From: Chloroflexota bacterium | GTDB lineage: Bacteria; Chloroflexota; Anaerolineae; Anaerolineales; E44-bin32 | DNA length: 64,000 nt | Assembly: GCA_022561215.1 (NCBI GenBank) | Contig: JADFRQ010000006.1 | Span: 14,626 to 78,625 of the forward strand | Direction: 5' to 3' | In this document: one piece after another, positions 8,488-18,463 of the stretch | Numbering within the stretch: position 1 is the stretch's first letter | Layout of the letters: every line of letters begins with the position of its first letter | Position numbers and translations under genes: made by a program | Notes under the pieces: model-generated | Told to the model about the DNA's origin: nothing | Database searches by the model: none | What the model saw: only the letters and a program-made list of their open reading frames with translations

Positions 8488-8985
8488 GGGCGTATCCTAG
8501 CTTAAAGTATGCATCAGTTGGAATGTTTGTGCAAGCAAACGGCCTTTTGGGCGCATCCACAGCACATTTGCACTCGATATGATTGCATTTTGATTTGATC
8601 TGGATTCAATGTCCCGAAAATTTGGATTTAAAAGGAGAAAAGATATCATTTTCATACAAATGCATCGGATGGTAACTATTTGGCCAATCTGCGCTTACCA
8701 AATGGAAGGCTTCCAATAGTTAATAGGAATGGGACTGTTATAAACATAAGCCACTGCGTGTGTTTGTAGAGAACGGCGCCTGTTTCTGGGCCCATTCCAC
8801 TTGCAGCGCAAACAAGATGATTGATGTCGGGGCGAGTTGGAAATATATTTGGAAGCCAGACGCATGCCCCCAGCTGCCGTACACCTGGGGTACACGGCCA
8901 GCATCTTTATGAAGTTAACATACGCGTAGAACGGATTCTGTACCAAACAGACCCGTCCCGAATCCTCGTGTTGCCTGCATGGATC

Positions 8986-11316
8986 CTAATCGGCTGCACT
9001 TTCGATAAGTTCTTCTGCGACGGGCCTCTTACTCTGTATGATCGACCAGGTTAATAAGGCGGCCAGCACAAGAACAATAATCCATCCTCCCACGCCCAAG
9101 TTCTCATAGCGGACAACAATCGGGGCGATAATGACGGACACAAGATTCACAACCTTGATCAAAGGATTTAATGAGGGTCCTGCCGTATCCTTCATTGGAT
9201 CGCCGACCGTGTCGCCAACGATCCCGGCTTTATGCCGCTCGGAACCCTTGCCACGGTTTAACTCAGGTTGCGATGGTTCGTCTTCAATAATTTTCTTGGC
9301 GTTATCCCATGCTCCGCCAGCATTGTTCATGAAAACCGCCAGAAGTTGACCAGAGAGGATGATTCCGGCCAGGAAACCACCCAAAGCTTCAACTTTTAAA
9401 AGCATGCCGACCAAGATTGGCGTGACAACGCCCAAAAGAGCAAGAGGAATGAGCTCCTTTTGTGCAGCTGTGGTGGAAATGCTAATGGGTTTCGAGTAAT
9501 CTGGCTCCACTATGCCCTCGAGAACACCTAGTTTGAATTGTCTGCGAACTTCTTCTACAATCAACGCCGCTGCCCTGCTAACGGCGTTAATGGCAAAAGA
9601 AGAAAAGAGCCAGGGTAAGGCCCCGCCAATAAGCATGCCTACGAACACTTGAGGAAGATCGACGCGAATGCCTACAGACTGAATTTGTTCTGCGAGCGGA
9701 ACCCCCAGACTTTCCTGCGCGAGACTTACATCAACCAGAAATGACCCAAATAATGAGACAGCCGCGATCACCGCTGAGCCAATCGCAATCCCCTTGGTAA
9801 TTGCCTTCGTCGTATTTCCGACGGCATCAAGATCTGCCATGATGCGCTTTGCTTCAACTGTCTCGCTGTCAGTGTCATCATGCCATGCCATTTCACCAAT
9901 CCCATTGGCATTGTCTGCTATTGGTCCAAACGAATCCATCGCCACGTTATTTCCAGTTAATGTGAGCATCCCAATTCCAGTCATCGCGATGCCATAGAGC
10001 ACAAACGTGACTTGCTGAGCGCCATCAACACTCGGCATATCGCCAAAGATGATAATGGAAGAAAAGATTGCCGCGGCAATAACGATAATCGACCAGACAC
10101 TTGATTCAAACCCCGCCGCGATGCCTGAGAGAATGGTTGTCGCAGGACCTGTTTCGGTGGATTTCACAATTTCCTGGACAGGTTTGCTGTGGCTGCCGGT
10201 GAATAACTCTGTCAATCGATCGATAATGATCGCCAAAGCCACGCCTGAAGCTGTTGCTAAAAATGGTCTCCACCAGCCGCCTGGGAGATCTTGCATGTAG
10301 AAGAAGGCCAGGATGCCAAACAGAACCACTGAGATCGCCGCGGAAGACAGGAAACCACGAAAGATTGCCTTCATCGCATCCTGGCTCTTGCCTGGTTCGG
10401 TGCGCACGGCGTAAGTGCCAATGATCGAGGAAAGGACACCAATTCCGCGCACCATAAGTGGAAAAATGATCCATTCAAGGTCGCCAGTAATTCGCGATAA
10501 GGCCAATCCTAAGATCAATGCTGAGACGATCGTTACTTCGTATGATTCAAAAATATCGGCTGCCATTCCAGCACAATCGCCGACATTATCACCCACCAGG
10601 TCTGCGACTACCGCCGGATTGCGCGGATCGTCCTCAGGAATCCCGGCTTCAATCTTCCCAACAAGGTCTGCTCCCACATCCGCGGCCTTGGTGAAAATTC
10701 CCCCTCCGACTCTCATGAATAGAGCCAGCAGCGTTCCACCAAATCCAAATCCAAGCAGTGCATCGGGAGCGGCAATGCCGAAAATAATGAAGATTATGGT
10801 GCCTCCGAAAAGGCCCAGGCCGTCGGTTAACATTCCAGTGACCGTGCCGGCGCGATAAGCAATCCGCAGCGCATCGCCAAATGATCTGCGCGCCGCGGAA
10901 GCAACACGAACATTCGCCTGTACAGCCATGCGCATCCCGATCTGACCGACTGCAAGGCTGAATACTGCACCCATCACGAAGGCGATTGCACGCCCGAGGC
11001 CAATAATGAGGCGAACTTCAGATTCGCTTCGATTGCTGAATCTTGTGATTGCTGCCTCTGAGGGAGAAACGATAAAAACGGAAAGAAAAAGTGCGACGGT
11101 AAGAATTCCAATCAGGGGAATGATCGAGCGTAGCTGTTGACGAAGATATGCATCCGCGCCTTCGCGGATTGCCCCCCAGACTTCCTGCATTTTCGCGGTT
11201 CCCTTATCTTCTCGTAGTATTTGAGAGCGCAGGAAGATGGCATAGAAAAGGCCCAAAATTGCAATGCCAAGAATACTCCAAATGGCTGTCTGTTCAAATG
11301 GGTCAAGACCTTCCAT
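8986..11316 (-). CDS. hppA: Membrane-integral proton-translocating pyrophosphatase, K+-independent subtype signature
   Basis: 776 aa and polytopic. It carries the conserved motifs GGGIFTKAADVGADLVGK, DNVGDCAGMAADIFESY, DAVGNTTKAITKG and GDTVGDPMKDTAGPSLN. GGAGGTG lies upstream of the ATG. Confidence 0.95.
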   Translation of the reverse strand: MEGLDPFEQTAIWSILGIAILGLFYAIFLRSQILREDKGTAKMQEVWGAIREGADAYLRQQLRSIIPLIGILTVALFLSVFIVSPSEAAITRFSNRSESEVRLIIGLGRAIAFVMGAVFSLAVGQIGMRMAVQANVRVASAARRSFGDALRIAYRAGTVTGMLTDGLGLFGGTIIFIIFGIAAPDALLGFGFGGTLLALFMRVGGGIFTKAADVGADLVGKIEAGIPEDDPRNPAVVADLVGDNVGDCAGMAADIFESYEVTIVSALILGLALSRITGDLEWIIFPLMVRGIGVLSSIIGTYAVRTEPGKSQDAMKAIFRGFLSSAAISVVLFGILAFFYMQDLPGGWWRPFLATASGVALAIIIDRLTELFTGSHSKPVQEIVKSTETGPATTILSGIAAGFESSVWSIIVIAAAIFSSIIIFGDMPSVDGAQQVTFVLYGIAMTGIGMLTLTGNNVAMDSFGPIADNANGIGEMAWHDDTDSETVEAKRIMADLDAVGNTTKAITKGIAIGSAVIAAVSLFGSFLVDVSLAQESLGVPLAEQIQSVGIRVDLPQVFVGMLIGGALPWLFSSFAINAVSRAAALIVEEVRRQFKLGVLEGIVEPDYSKPISISTTAAQKELIPLALLGVVTPILVGMLLKVEALGGFLAGIILSGQLLAVFMNNAGGAWDNAKKIIEDEPSQPELNRGKGSERHKAGIVGDTVGDPMKDTAGPSLNPLIKVVNLVSVIIAPIVVRYENLGVGGWIIVLVLAALLTWSIIQSKRPVAEELIESAAD

Positions 11317-11369
11317 TGAAAGTTGTCACCTCCGAATTAAGATTTATGTACTCAGATTGGAATTCAGCG

Positions 11370-11398
11370 ATTGTACAAGTTTGCACATATGCTGTCAA
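11370..11398 (-). promoter_or_regulatory. Sigma-70-type promoter for hppA (TTGACA-N17-TACAAT)
   Basis: On the minus strand, TTGACA is the complement of 11393-11398, followed by a 17-nt spacer and TACAAT (complement of 11370-11375). It lies about 55 nt upstream of the hppA ATG. Confidence 0.5.
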
Positions 11399-11582
11399 GG
11401 AATGAAGTCTTGATTGATATTTTTAGTCAAATACATATGGAAAAAAGACCAAAAACGCCGATGAACACAATTGTCAATTATCAAAATCCAATGCGATGAG
11501 CAGGTAGATGATCGGCTCTAATAATCCCATAGCCTGCTAAAGTTCTGGTTTATGAACGTAGCATGAGAATAAAGATAGGGAC

Positions 11583-11612
11583 TTGACTTGCAAGCCCATT
11601 TTTCTGTATATT
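11583..11612 (+). promoter_or_regulatory. Sigma-70-type promoter (TTGACT-N18-TATATT) about 260 nt upstream of the ABC operon
   Basis: TTGACT at 11583-11588 and TATATT at 11607-11612. No convincing ORF lies between it and the ATG at 11875. Confidence 0.4.
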
Positions 11613-11874
11613 GTTCAGCGGCAATCAACATAATATAAAATTGGTTCGCAGGCGAATTCCGCCTCTCGCAGCCGATTTCGGCGCTATATCTGGGGAATAA
11701 TCAGAATAGCCCGAAGCTTGATTTACCTGCAGGGAGGCAAGGCAAGTGGAGTTAGGGAGCGGCAGCCCAAGTATAGTTAGGGTAAGGATTTTTCCTTGAA
11801 TGATCGCCTTGCTGCGGAGCATATTCACTTGTGTTAATTCCTAATTCGGGAAACCTATATATTCGAGATGGCGC

Positions 11875-12813
11875 ATGATTAAAGTTGAAGGGTTGACCAA
11901 GTTCTACGGAGATTTCCCCGCCATTCAGGATCTCACATTTAATGCGAAGCGCGGAGAAATCCTGGGTTTCTTGGGTCCTAATGCAGCGGGCAAAACTACA
12001 ACCATGCGAATATTGGCCGGGTATATGCCTCCCAGCTCTGGCTCCGTTCGTATTGCAGGCTTCGATGTTCTTGAAGAATCGCTGGAAGTCCGTCGACGAA
12101 TTGGCTACCTTCCGGAGACGGTCCCTCTTTATCCTGAGATGAGTATATGGGAGTACCTGGAGTACATGGGGTCGCTGCGTAAGGTCGATAATCTCGATAA
12201 GCGCATTGATGCCGTGATTGATGAAGTCAACCTAGGGGATAGAGAGAGAAGTTACATTGGAAATCTCTCGAAAGGATTGAGGCAACGTGTCGGACTGGCG
12301 CAAGCTCTCATCCATCAGCCAGAGGTCCTCATCCTTGATGAACCAACAATAGGCCTTGATCCCGCCCAAATCATTGAAGTTCGTGAGTTGATTCAAGGCC
12401 TTGGTCAGGAAAGGACAATTCTGCTCTCGACTCACATACTGACGGAAGCACAACAAATTTGCGACCGAGTGATTATCATCAACAAGGGTCGCATGGTAGC
12501 AGAGGATACTCCGGAAAATTTACAATCCCAGATCGCGGGAGCTACTAAAATTATTGTTCGCGCTTCATCCGAAACTCGAGAACTGGTCGAACTTATTGAA
12601 ACCATGCCGCAGAAAATGGATGTTATCGCTGGTGATAGTGAGGGTGAGGTGATGATTAGCGCAGCACCTGGCTTGGATATTCGCCCTCTTCTGGCAAGGA
12701 AAATTTTAGATGCCGGGCTCGATCTTCTGGAGCTTCGAACGACTGGGATAAGCCTGGAAGAAATATTCCTGCAGTTAACGCAATCGGAAGATAAGGATGA
12801 AGGTGAAGAATAG
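11875..12813 (+). CDS. ABC transporter ATP-binding protein (ABC-2/GldA-like)
   Basis: Walker A GPNAAGKTT, signature LSKGLRQRV, Walker B VLILDEPTIGLD and H-loop STHIL. Confidence 0.9.
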   Translation: MIKVEGLTKFYGDFPAIQDLTFNAKRGEILGFLGPNAAGKTTTMRILAGYMPPSSGSVRIAGFDVLEESLEVRRRIGYLPETVPLYPEMSIWEYLEYMGSLRKVDNLDKRIDAVIDEVNLGDRERSYIGNLSKGLRQRVGLAQALIHQPEVLILDEPTIGLDPAQIIEVRELIQGLGQERTILLSTHILTEAQQICDRVIIINKGRMVAEDTPENLQSQIAGATKIIVRASSETRELVELIETMPQKMDVIAGDSEGEVMISAAPGLDIRPLLARKILDAGLDLLELRTTGISLEEIFLQLTQSEDKDEGEE

Positions 12814-12816
12814 TCC

Positions 12817-13548
12817 ATGAGGACAGTTTTCATCATTGCCAAAAGAGAATTTCGTCTTTTTTTTGTTTCTCCTGCCGCCTATTCGGTTTCCGTGATGATC
12901 TTCCTTATCCTCGGAGGAATATTTTTCATTAATATCTACTTTGGCCTGAGAGGTGGTCAAATTGCACCAGATGGGAGAATGGTTATCAGCCCACTGGTCA
13001 CGATTCTGCTCTTCGCCACGCCAGCGATTACGATGCGGCTTCTGGCGGATGAACAGCGCATGGGTACGATCGAATTGTTATTAACCTCCCCGGTAAGAAT
13101 TTGGGAACTTGTGGTAGGCAAGTGGTTGGGGGCCACAGGCTTTATGATGCTTATCCTCGGGGTGACCTGGATTTATCCGATCATCATTCACCGCATGACC
13201 AATCCCGGAATCGATCAGGGCGTGCTCATTGCAGCTTATCTGGGCCTTGTTTTTATGATCAGCGCCATGCTCGCCATTGGGACGTTTATCTCATCACTTT
13301 TTAATAACCCTATCCCGGCATTTTTCATCACGCTTACTTTGATGTTATTCCTGTGGATCATAGGCGGCCTGGGATCGGGGTCAGGCACTGCAAGTGAAAT
13401 AGCGAGCAATTTGAGTTTTGTCGCGCACTATTACGATAATCTTTATCGTGGAGTCATTGACCTCGGCGATTTGGTTTACTACATGAGCCTCACAATCATC
13501 TCCTTATTTCTCGGAACACAGGTTCTCGAATCGAGGAGATGGAGGTGA
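12817..13548 (+). CDS. ABC-2 type transporter permease (GldF-like)
   Basis: 243 aa with about 6 predicted TM helices. The N-terminus IAKREFRLFFVSPAAY is typical of ABC-2 permeases. It lies 4 nt after the ATPase gene. Confidence 0.75.
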   Translation: MRTVFIIAKREFRLFFVSPAAYSVSVMIFLILGGIFFINIYFGLRGGQIAPDGRMVISPLVTILLFATPAITMRLLADEQRMGTIELLLTSPVRIWELVVGKWLGATGFMMLILGVTWIYPIIIHRMTNPGIDQGVLIAAYLGLVFMISAMLAIGTFISSLFNNPIPAFFITLTLMLFLWIIGGLGSGSGTASEIASNLSFVAHYYDNLYRGVIDLGDLVYYMSLTIISLFLGTQVLESRRWR

Positions 13549-15095
13549 AAAAACGGCTGCTTTCCAACTCTGTGCCCTTCTATATCCTGGGAATAACGTC
13601 CTTACTGGTTTCGGCCTCCTGGTATGCCATCAACCAATTGGTCGATGTTGGCGTAACCGTGGGAATTGCGCTAACAGTGATTTTATTAGTGATTGGTTAC
13701 GCAATTGATCCGCAACGCGTGAAAGGCTGGCTTCGAGGTCGGCAGGCGAAATATGGAAGCAATGCCCTGGTGCTCTCGTTAGCAGTTATCGGCATATTCG
13801 CAGTCATCAATTACATCGTGTATGACAATCCCAAGCAATGGGACTTGACCGAGGATCAGGAATACACATTATCTCCAGAGACGCGAGTAATTCTTGAAGA
13901 ATTGCCTGAGCAAGTTAATATCATCGGATTCTATACTCCGAGTGTCTCTGCCGCGCGCGATAATATCCGCCCCTTGTTGGACCAATTTCAAATTCTCGGC
14001 GCAGGGAAATTAAATTATAATTTCATCGATCCCTTAGAGAATCCATTCATGGCAGAGCAATATGGGGTCTCACGCGATGCCTCACTCGTCGTCGCTTTTG
14101 GAGATAGTTCCGAGGTTGTGGAGTTTGCTTCCGAGCAACGCATCGCGGAGGCTATGATCCGATTAATGAACCCGGGCGAAAGTCAAATTTATTATCTTGC
14201 CGGCCATTCAGAAAGAGATTTCGAGAGCAATGAAGCTAGTGGCTACGGCCGAGTCCGTTCCGCTCTGGAGGCCAGGAACTACGCAATTTCTGAATTGAAT
14301 CTGATCGTTAATGCACAAATTCCGGCGGATACTGATCTGCTCTTGATCGCGGCACCGCAGGTCCAGTTGACGGAAGGGGAAGTTGAACTGGTGAAAGAAT
14401 ATTTGGCCGCAGGTGGTTCGTTAATCGTGCTCTCGGAACCTGGACTGAATATAGAAGGAGAAGAGGATCTCCTTGAAGATTACCTTACTACGGATTGGGG
14501 AATTGAATTACGTAATGATTTTGTTGTGGATCTCACGTCAAGTTTACGGCTTTCTGGAATATCTGCGCAGTACGCTATGCATCCCATTACGGAAGACATC
14601 CAGAATTTAGTGACATTTTTTCCCTCCATTCGCAGCATCAGATTCTCGGAAATGGGGGAAGGCACGATAAATCGTGTGGAGTTGGTTCTCACAAGTGAAC
14701 AATCATGGGGAGAAAGCGATCTGCAATCATTTAATGAACAAGGAGTGTTGGAATATGACGAAGAGAGTGACGCCCTTGGACCATTGGTGTTGGTTGCAAC
14801 GGCTGAAAACAACGTCCAGGGATCGCGCATAGTTGTATTTGGCGACTCCGATTTTGCATCAAACGGTTTCTTCTTTGAACTTGGCAATGGTGATTTATTG
14901 ATCAATAGTGTGGATTGGGCTATAGGAAACGACCAACTTATTAGTTTGACCAGCAAACCGTCGACCCAGCGGTTCGTTGTTCCGCCCTCCAATCAGACCA
15001 TTTGGATAATCCTAATTCTTACTTTGTTCGTTATTCCGGGATCAGTAATCTTTTTCGGTGTAATGGTTTGGTGGCAACGAAGGAATACGCGCTAG
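13539..15095 (+). CDS. GldG-like auxiliary component of the ABC-2 system
   Basis: It has N- and C-terminal TM anchors around a large extracytoplasmic domain. WDLTEDQEYTLSPETRVILEELPEQVNIIGFYT is the characteristic GldG-family start. It overlaps the permease gene by 10 nt. Confidence 0.7.
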   Translation: MEVKKRLLSNSVPFYILGITSLLVSASWYAINQLVDVGVTVGIALTVILLVIGYAIDPQRVKGWLRGRQAKYGSNALVLSLAVIGIFAVINYIVYDNPKQWDLTEDQEYTLSPETRVILEELPEQVNIIGFYTPSVSAARDNIRPLLDQFQILGAGKLNYNFIDPLENPFMAEQYGVSRDASLVVAFGDSSEVVEFASEQRIAEAMIRLMNPGESQIYYLAGHSERDFESNEASGYGRVRSALEARNYAISELNLIVNAQIPADTDLLLIAAPQVQLTEGEVELVKEYLAAGGSLIVLSEPGLNIEGEEDLLEDYLTTDWGIELRNDFVVDLTSSLRLSGISAQYAMHPITEDIQNLVTFFPSIRSIRFSEMGEGTINRVELVLTSEQSWGESDLQSFNEQGVLEYDEESDALGPLVLVATAENNVQGSRIVVFGDSDFASNGFFFELGNGDLLINSVDWAIGNDQLISLTSKPSTQRFVVPPSNQTIWIILILTLFVIPGSVIFFGVMVWWQRRNTR

Positions 15096-15105
15096 CGAGC
15101 GGCTC

Positions 15106-15684
15106 ATGATTCGGCGATCAACCTGGATGGTCCTGGGAAGCTTTTTTGCCTTGTTGGTCGTGGCAATTGTCATTAGCCGATCAGACCCGGAACTTGATGC
15201 CTCGACGCCAGTGCCGCGCCCTGAACCGCTGTGGGAATTAACAGCATCATCGATCGAGGGTCTGCTTGTCGAAAATTTAGAATCCGGTGTGCTGGTTGAC
15301 TTACGGAGAGATGTTGAGTTTGGTTGGCTGCTGCTTCAACCTCAACAGGGTCCAGCGGATGCTGCCAAAATAGAAGAAGCAGTTAGTTGGCTGGCGCGAC
15401 CTCAGCCGTTGCGAGTGTTAGCTTCAGAAGAAAACCTTCTTCAATTTGGCCTGCTTGATCCGAGAGGGCGAGTGACAATAATTCTAAATGAGGAGGAGAG
15501 CGAAATTTTGATAATTGGCAATGATGTGCCTACCGGCAATTCAACATACATCGCAATCGAAGGAAAACCAGAAGTTTATGTAGTGAGCAAATTCAGTATC
15601 GATAGCGTAACAAATCTTACAGTCGAGGATTTGCTTGTAGCGCAAGATGTTGAATTGGATGAGACGGAAACGCCGTTGCCATGA
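15106..15684 (+). CDS. DUF4340-like membrane-anchored protein (usual partner of GldG-like genes)
   Basis: N-terminal TM helix, then W.L..P...ADAAKIEEAVSWL...FGLLDPRGRVTI...GN..YIAIEG...VYVV, which fits the DUF4340 pattern as I remember it. Confidence 0.5.
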   Translation: MIRRSTWMVLGSFFALLVVAIVISRSDPELDASTPVPRPEPLWELTASSIEGLLVENLESGVLVDLRRDVEFGWLLLQPQQGPADAAKIEEAVSWLARPQPLRVLASEENLLQFGLLDPRGRVTIILNEEESEILIIGNDVPTGNSTYIAIEGKPEVYVVSKFSIDSVTNLTVEDLLVAQDVELDETETPLP

Positions 15685-15852
15685 GAGAGTTCAAACCCAG
15701 AAAAGAGGATTCTGAGGCATGTTTAATGGATTCTCATCTGTTAGTGCTTTGTTAACACTTTTCGGGTATTCTAATTGAGGCTGATTATATTCCTCGCAGG
15801 AGAAAATAAGCATTTGAATTCCTCTAATTTTCGCTGTATGCTGTGACTAGTC

Positions 15853-17136
15853 ATGAGAAAACATAACAACAAACGAAAATCGAAATCTGGTCGGCGAAAT
15901 TCAGTTAATCGTCATGAAGTAGACACCTCTCTCAATGAAGAGATTATGGATGATGGCATAAATCCACAGGAACCAAATCCCATCATCGAGCAAATCATTG
16001 AATTGGGCCGCGAGAAGGGCTTCATCACGATCAATGACATCCTGGCGATTTTTCCTCAAGCCGAGAGAGATCTCGATCAACTAGAAGAAACCTATGCTGC
16101 TCTACTTGCTGCTAAGATTCCCTATCTCGACGAAGCCCCAGACTCAGATGAACATGCCGCGCATAAAAAGGTCGCGGATGATATTGTTGCCGAGGAGGAT
16201 GTCGAAGAAAATCACCTCTCCAATGTTGACGCCGATGATTCCGTAGGTCTTTACCTGAAGGAAGTGGGGCGCGTTCCACTTCTCACTGCGGAGCAAGAGG
16301 TATCTTTATCGAAGCGCATAGAACATGGGCGATTTTCGCGTGAGGAATTGGCCCGAGGCTCGGTAGCAACAAAACGAAGATTTGAACTACGTCTGGGGAT
16401 CGAAGATGGATGGGCGGCGCGTGAACATCTCATAACGGCAAACTCGCGTTTGGTGATTAGTGTTGCAAAAAAGTATATGGGTCGCGGTGTGCCGTTCTTG
16501 GATCTTATTCAGGAAGGCAATATTGGCCTGATAAGAGCTGCGAAGAAATTTGATTATCGCAGAGGACATAAGTTCTCGACTTACGCAACGTGGTGGATAC
16601 GACAAGCAGTCACGCGCGCCATTGCCGACCAGGGGAGAACGATCCGAGTCCCAGTACATATGGGAGACCAGATCAATAAATTGTTGCGCGTATCCCATCA
16701 ACTCACTCAAAAATTGGGTCGCGATCCTACTACAGAGGAAATGGCCGAGGCGCTCGAGGTAACGACAAAGAAGGTTGAAAATATGATTCAGGTTGCGCGC
16801 AGACCGTTATCTCTCGAAACTCCGACGGATAAGGAAGAAGATTCCATCCTTTCCGATTTTATCCCGGATGTCGACGCGCCTGCGCCAACTGAAACAGTCA
16901 CACAAAATTTGCTTCAAGAACATTTGCGTGAAGTGTTAAATACCTTACCTCCGCGTGAGGTGCGTATACTTCAGCTGCGCTACGGTCTGCTTGATGGGAA
17001 AAGCTACACACTGGAGGAAGTCGGGCGCAAAATGGGAGTAACCAGGGAACGTGTGCGCCAGATCGAGGCCCAGGCTCTCAATCGATTGCGCCATCCAGGC
17101 CATCGAAGGAAACTGGTAGATTACTTGCTCGAATAA
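15853..17136 (+). CDS. rpoD: Primary RNA polymerase sigma factor (group 1, RpoD/SigA)
   Basis: Region 1.2 [20 protein letters not shown], region 2 [61 protein letters not shown], and region 4 [12 protein letters not shown]...[20 protein letters not shown]. Confidence 0.9.
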   Translation: MRKHNNKRKSKSGRRNSVNRHEVDTSLNEEIMDDGINPQEPNPIIEQIIELGREKGFITINDILAIFPQAERDLDQLEETYAALLAAKIPYLDEAPDSDEHAAHKKVADDIVAEEDVEENHLSNVDADDSVGLYLKEVGRVPLLTAEQEVSLSKRIEHGRFSREELARGSVATKRRFELRLGIEDGWAAREHLITANSRLVISVAKKYMGRGVPFLDLIQEGNIGLIRAAKKFDYRRGHKFSTYATWWIRQAVTRAIADQGRTIRVPVHMGDQINKLLRVSHQLTQKLGRDPTTEEMAEALEVTTKKVENMIQVARRPLSLETPTDKEEDSILSDFIPDVDAPAPTETVTQNLLQEHLREVLNTLPPREVRILQLRYGLLDGKSYTLEEVGRKMGVTRERVRQIEAQALNRLRHPGHRRKLVDYLLE

Positions 17137-17152
17137 GCGCTCTCTCCAGCCC

Positions 17153-18463
17153 TTAAGTTGAGCGAATTGCAGGCCGCCGGAACTCTTGGGCGGCCTGTTT
17201 TACGTTTCGAAGCAGATCTTGCAATCCGATCGCAATCCATAAAATAATAAAGGGCACAATCGGCAGGTAATAACGCTGGAATGGAAAGGGATTCGCCCCT
17301 AGCAGGGCGAGTGCTTGAAGAAGTGTTGCAAAAAGCAGGAGCACAATCCTCCTGCGATAAGCTCCTTTGGATCGCAGCAGCGAGAAAACTACGCCGGCCA
17401 TACAAAGGAAAAAATAGATCGTCCCAGCAAGCCAATTTCTGGCGAACGTGTGTATCGGGTTTGCCAGATAAGCCCCTACGGCTGGTCGCGTAGCCTCGAT
17501 GTAATTGGCTACCTCGGCAGTTTGAGGTGGAATTATAAAGAGATGGTAGAACATTGCCGCTGCGCGCTGCAAAGGACTGTCCAAAATTTGATCCGGCGAA
17601 ACCAATCCAATCGTCTCGATTTGAGTATCCAGAAATTCAATGCGCGCATTCAAGATTTCAGTGGCGACTCGAACGGGATTCGTCCAAAGGATTGGATTCA
17701 ATAGAAGAAGGACAAAAACAACGGCAGCAGAGTAGATAACTATATTTCGGAAGAGCATATTCCGATTTCGGGTTGCCGCGGATCCTCTCCAAATACATGC
17801 CACGAAACCGACTAGAAGCAGCGGTGCTACGGAAAGTTTCGAACTAACAGCCAGCGCTGCGCCTATGCCTGCCAACGCAGGGCGCTCGTCAGCCACAATA
17901 ATTCCGTAGATTGCGAGGCTTACGCCAAAGATAAGCACCCCCTCGGACATCGCTCGCCGGCCGTGGAGCAGAAGTAGAGCGTGGGTAGCGAACAATACAA
18001 TCACCAACGCGACGAGGCTCTTGCCGCCCAGACGTCTTGCGGTAAGCGATAGCGGAATGAGGGCTAACAGGAGAAAACTCGCGCTTATAACGCGGCCGGC
18101 ATTTAATAGATCGCGATCGGGGAGTGCGCCGCTCTCCCGATTTTCATTCCATGTCTGCTGCCAATTCCAATCAACTTCGACCGCTTCCGGCCCGAATCCG
18201 GCGATCCTTCGACTTAGGCCAAGGATGTATTTTGGCAGAGGAGGGTTCAACAATCGATAGGTTTGATCTTTTTCTGATGTACTGCTCGCATTCCAGAACA
18301 GCAGGGCAGGATTGGTCAGATAGAGTTCCAAATCTCTGCTTTGATAGAGCACAGAAGTTTCATCTGGATGGAATGGGATTGCCGAGAGGCCGGAAAGCAG
18401 GAATACGGGCACGAAAAGGAAGAGGATCATAATCGCCAGGTTCTTTCGATTTCCTATCCTCAT
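17153..18463 (-). CDS. Polytopic membrane protein, GT-C-fold (ArnT/PMT-like) glycosyltransferase candidate
   Basis: 436 aa with about 11 hydrophobic segments. The acidic first-loop motif FHPDETSVLY follows TM1. The start overlaps the upstream gene's stop by 4 nt. Confidence 0.45.
   Translation of the reverse strand: MRIGNRKNLAIMILFLFVPVFLLSGLSAIPFHPDETSVLYQSRDLELYLTNPALLFWNASSTSEKDQTYRLLNPPLPKYILGLSRRIAGFGPEAVEVDWNWQQTWNENRESGALPDRDLLNAGRVISASFLLLALIPLSLTARRLGGKSLVALVIVLFATHALLLLHGRRAMSEGVLIFGVSLAIYGIIVADERPALAGIGAALAVSSKLSVAPLLLVGFVACIWRGSAATRNRNMLFRNIVIYSAAVVFVLLLLNPILWTNPVRVATEILNARIEFLDTQIETIGLVSPDQILDSPLQRAAAMFYHLFIIPPQTAEVANYIEATRPAVGAYLANPIHTFARNWLAGTIYFFLCMAGVVFSLLRSKGAYRRRIVLLLFATLLQALALLGANPFPFQRYYLPIVPFIILWIAIGLQDLLRNVKQAAQEFRRPAIRST

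Noticed and set aside
8535-8985. A 450-bp gap between the hppA stop and the TPR-gene promoter. It includes an 83-aa minus-strand ORF (8695-8946) and nested hairpins just after hppA.
   Set aside because: The ORF product (Cys/Arg/Asn-rich, with no RBS) does not look like a real protein. The hairpins lack a U-tract. I could not match the region to any RNA family, so nothing here is specific enough to call.
10415-10858. Long ORFs antisense to, or out of frame with, well-supported genes. Examples are 10415-10858 (+) inside hppA, 34455-34991 (-) inside tadZ, 7032-7538 (+) inside the TPR gene, 48233-48664 (+) and 48821-49258 (+) inside mfd, 56764-57459 (+) inside mgtE, 43209-43715 (+) inside phnC and 35473-35934 (-) inside cpaF.
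   Set aside because: Each lies entirely within a gene whose translation carries unmistakable family motifs. Their own translations are low-complexity (Ser/Arg/Pro-rich) with no recognisable motifs. They are typical shadow ORFs.
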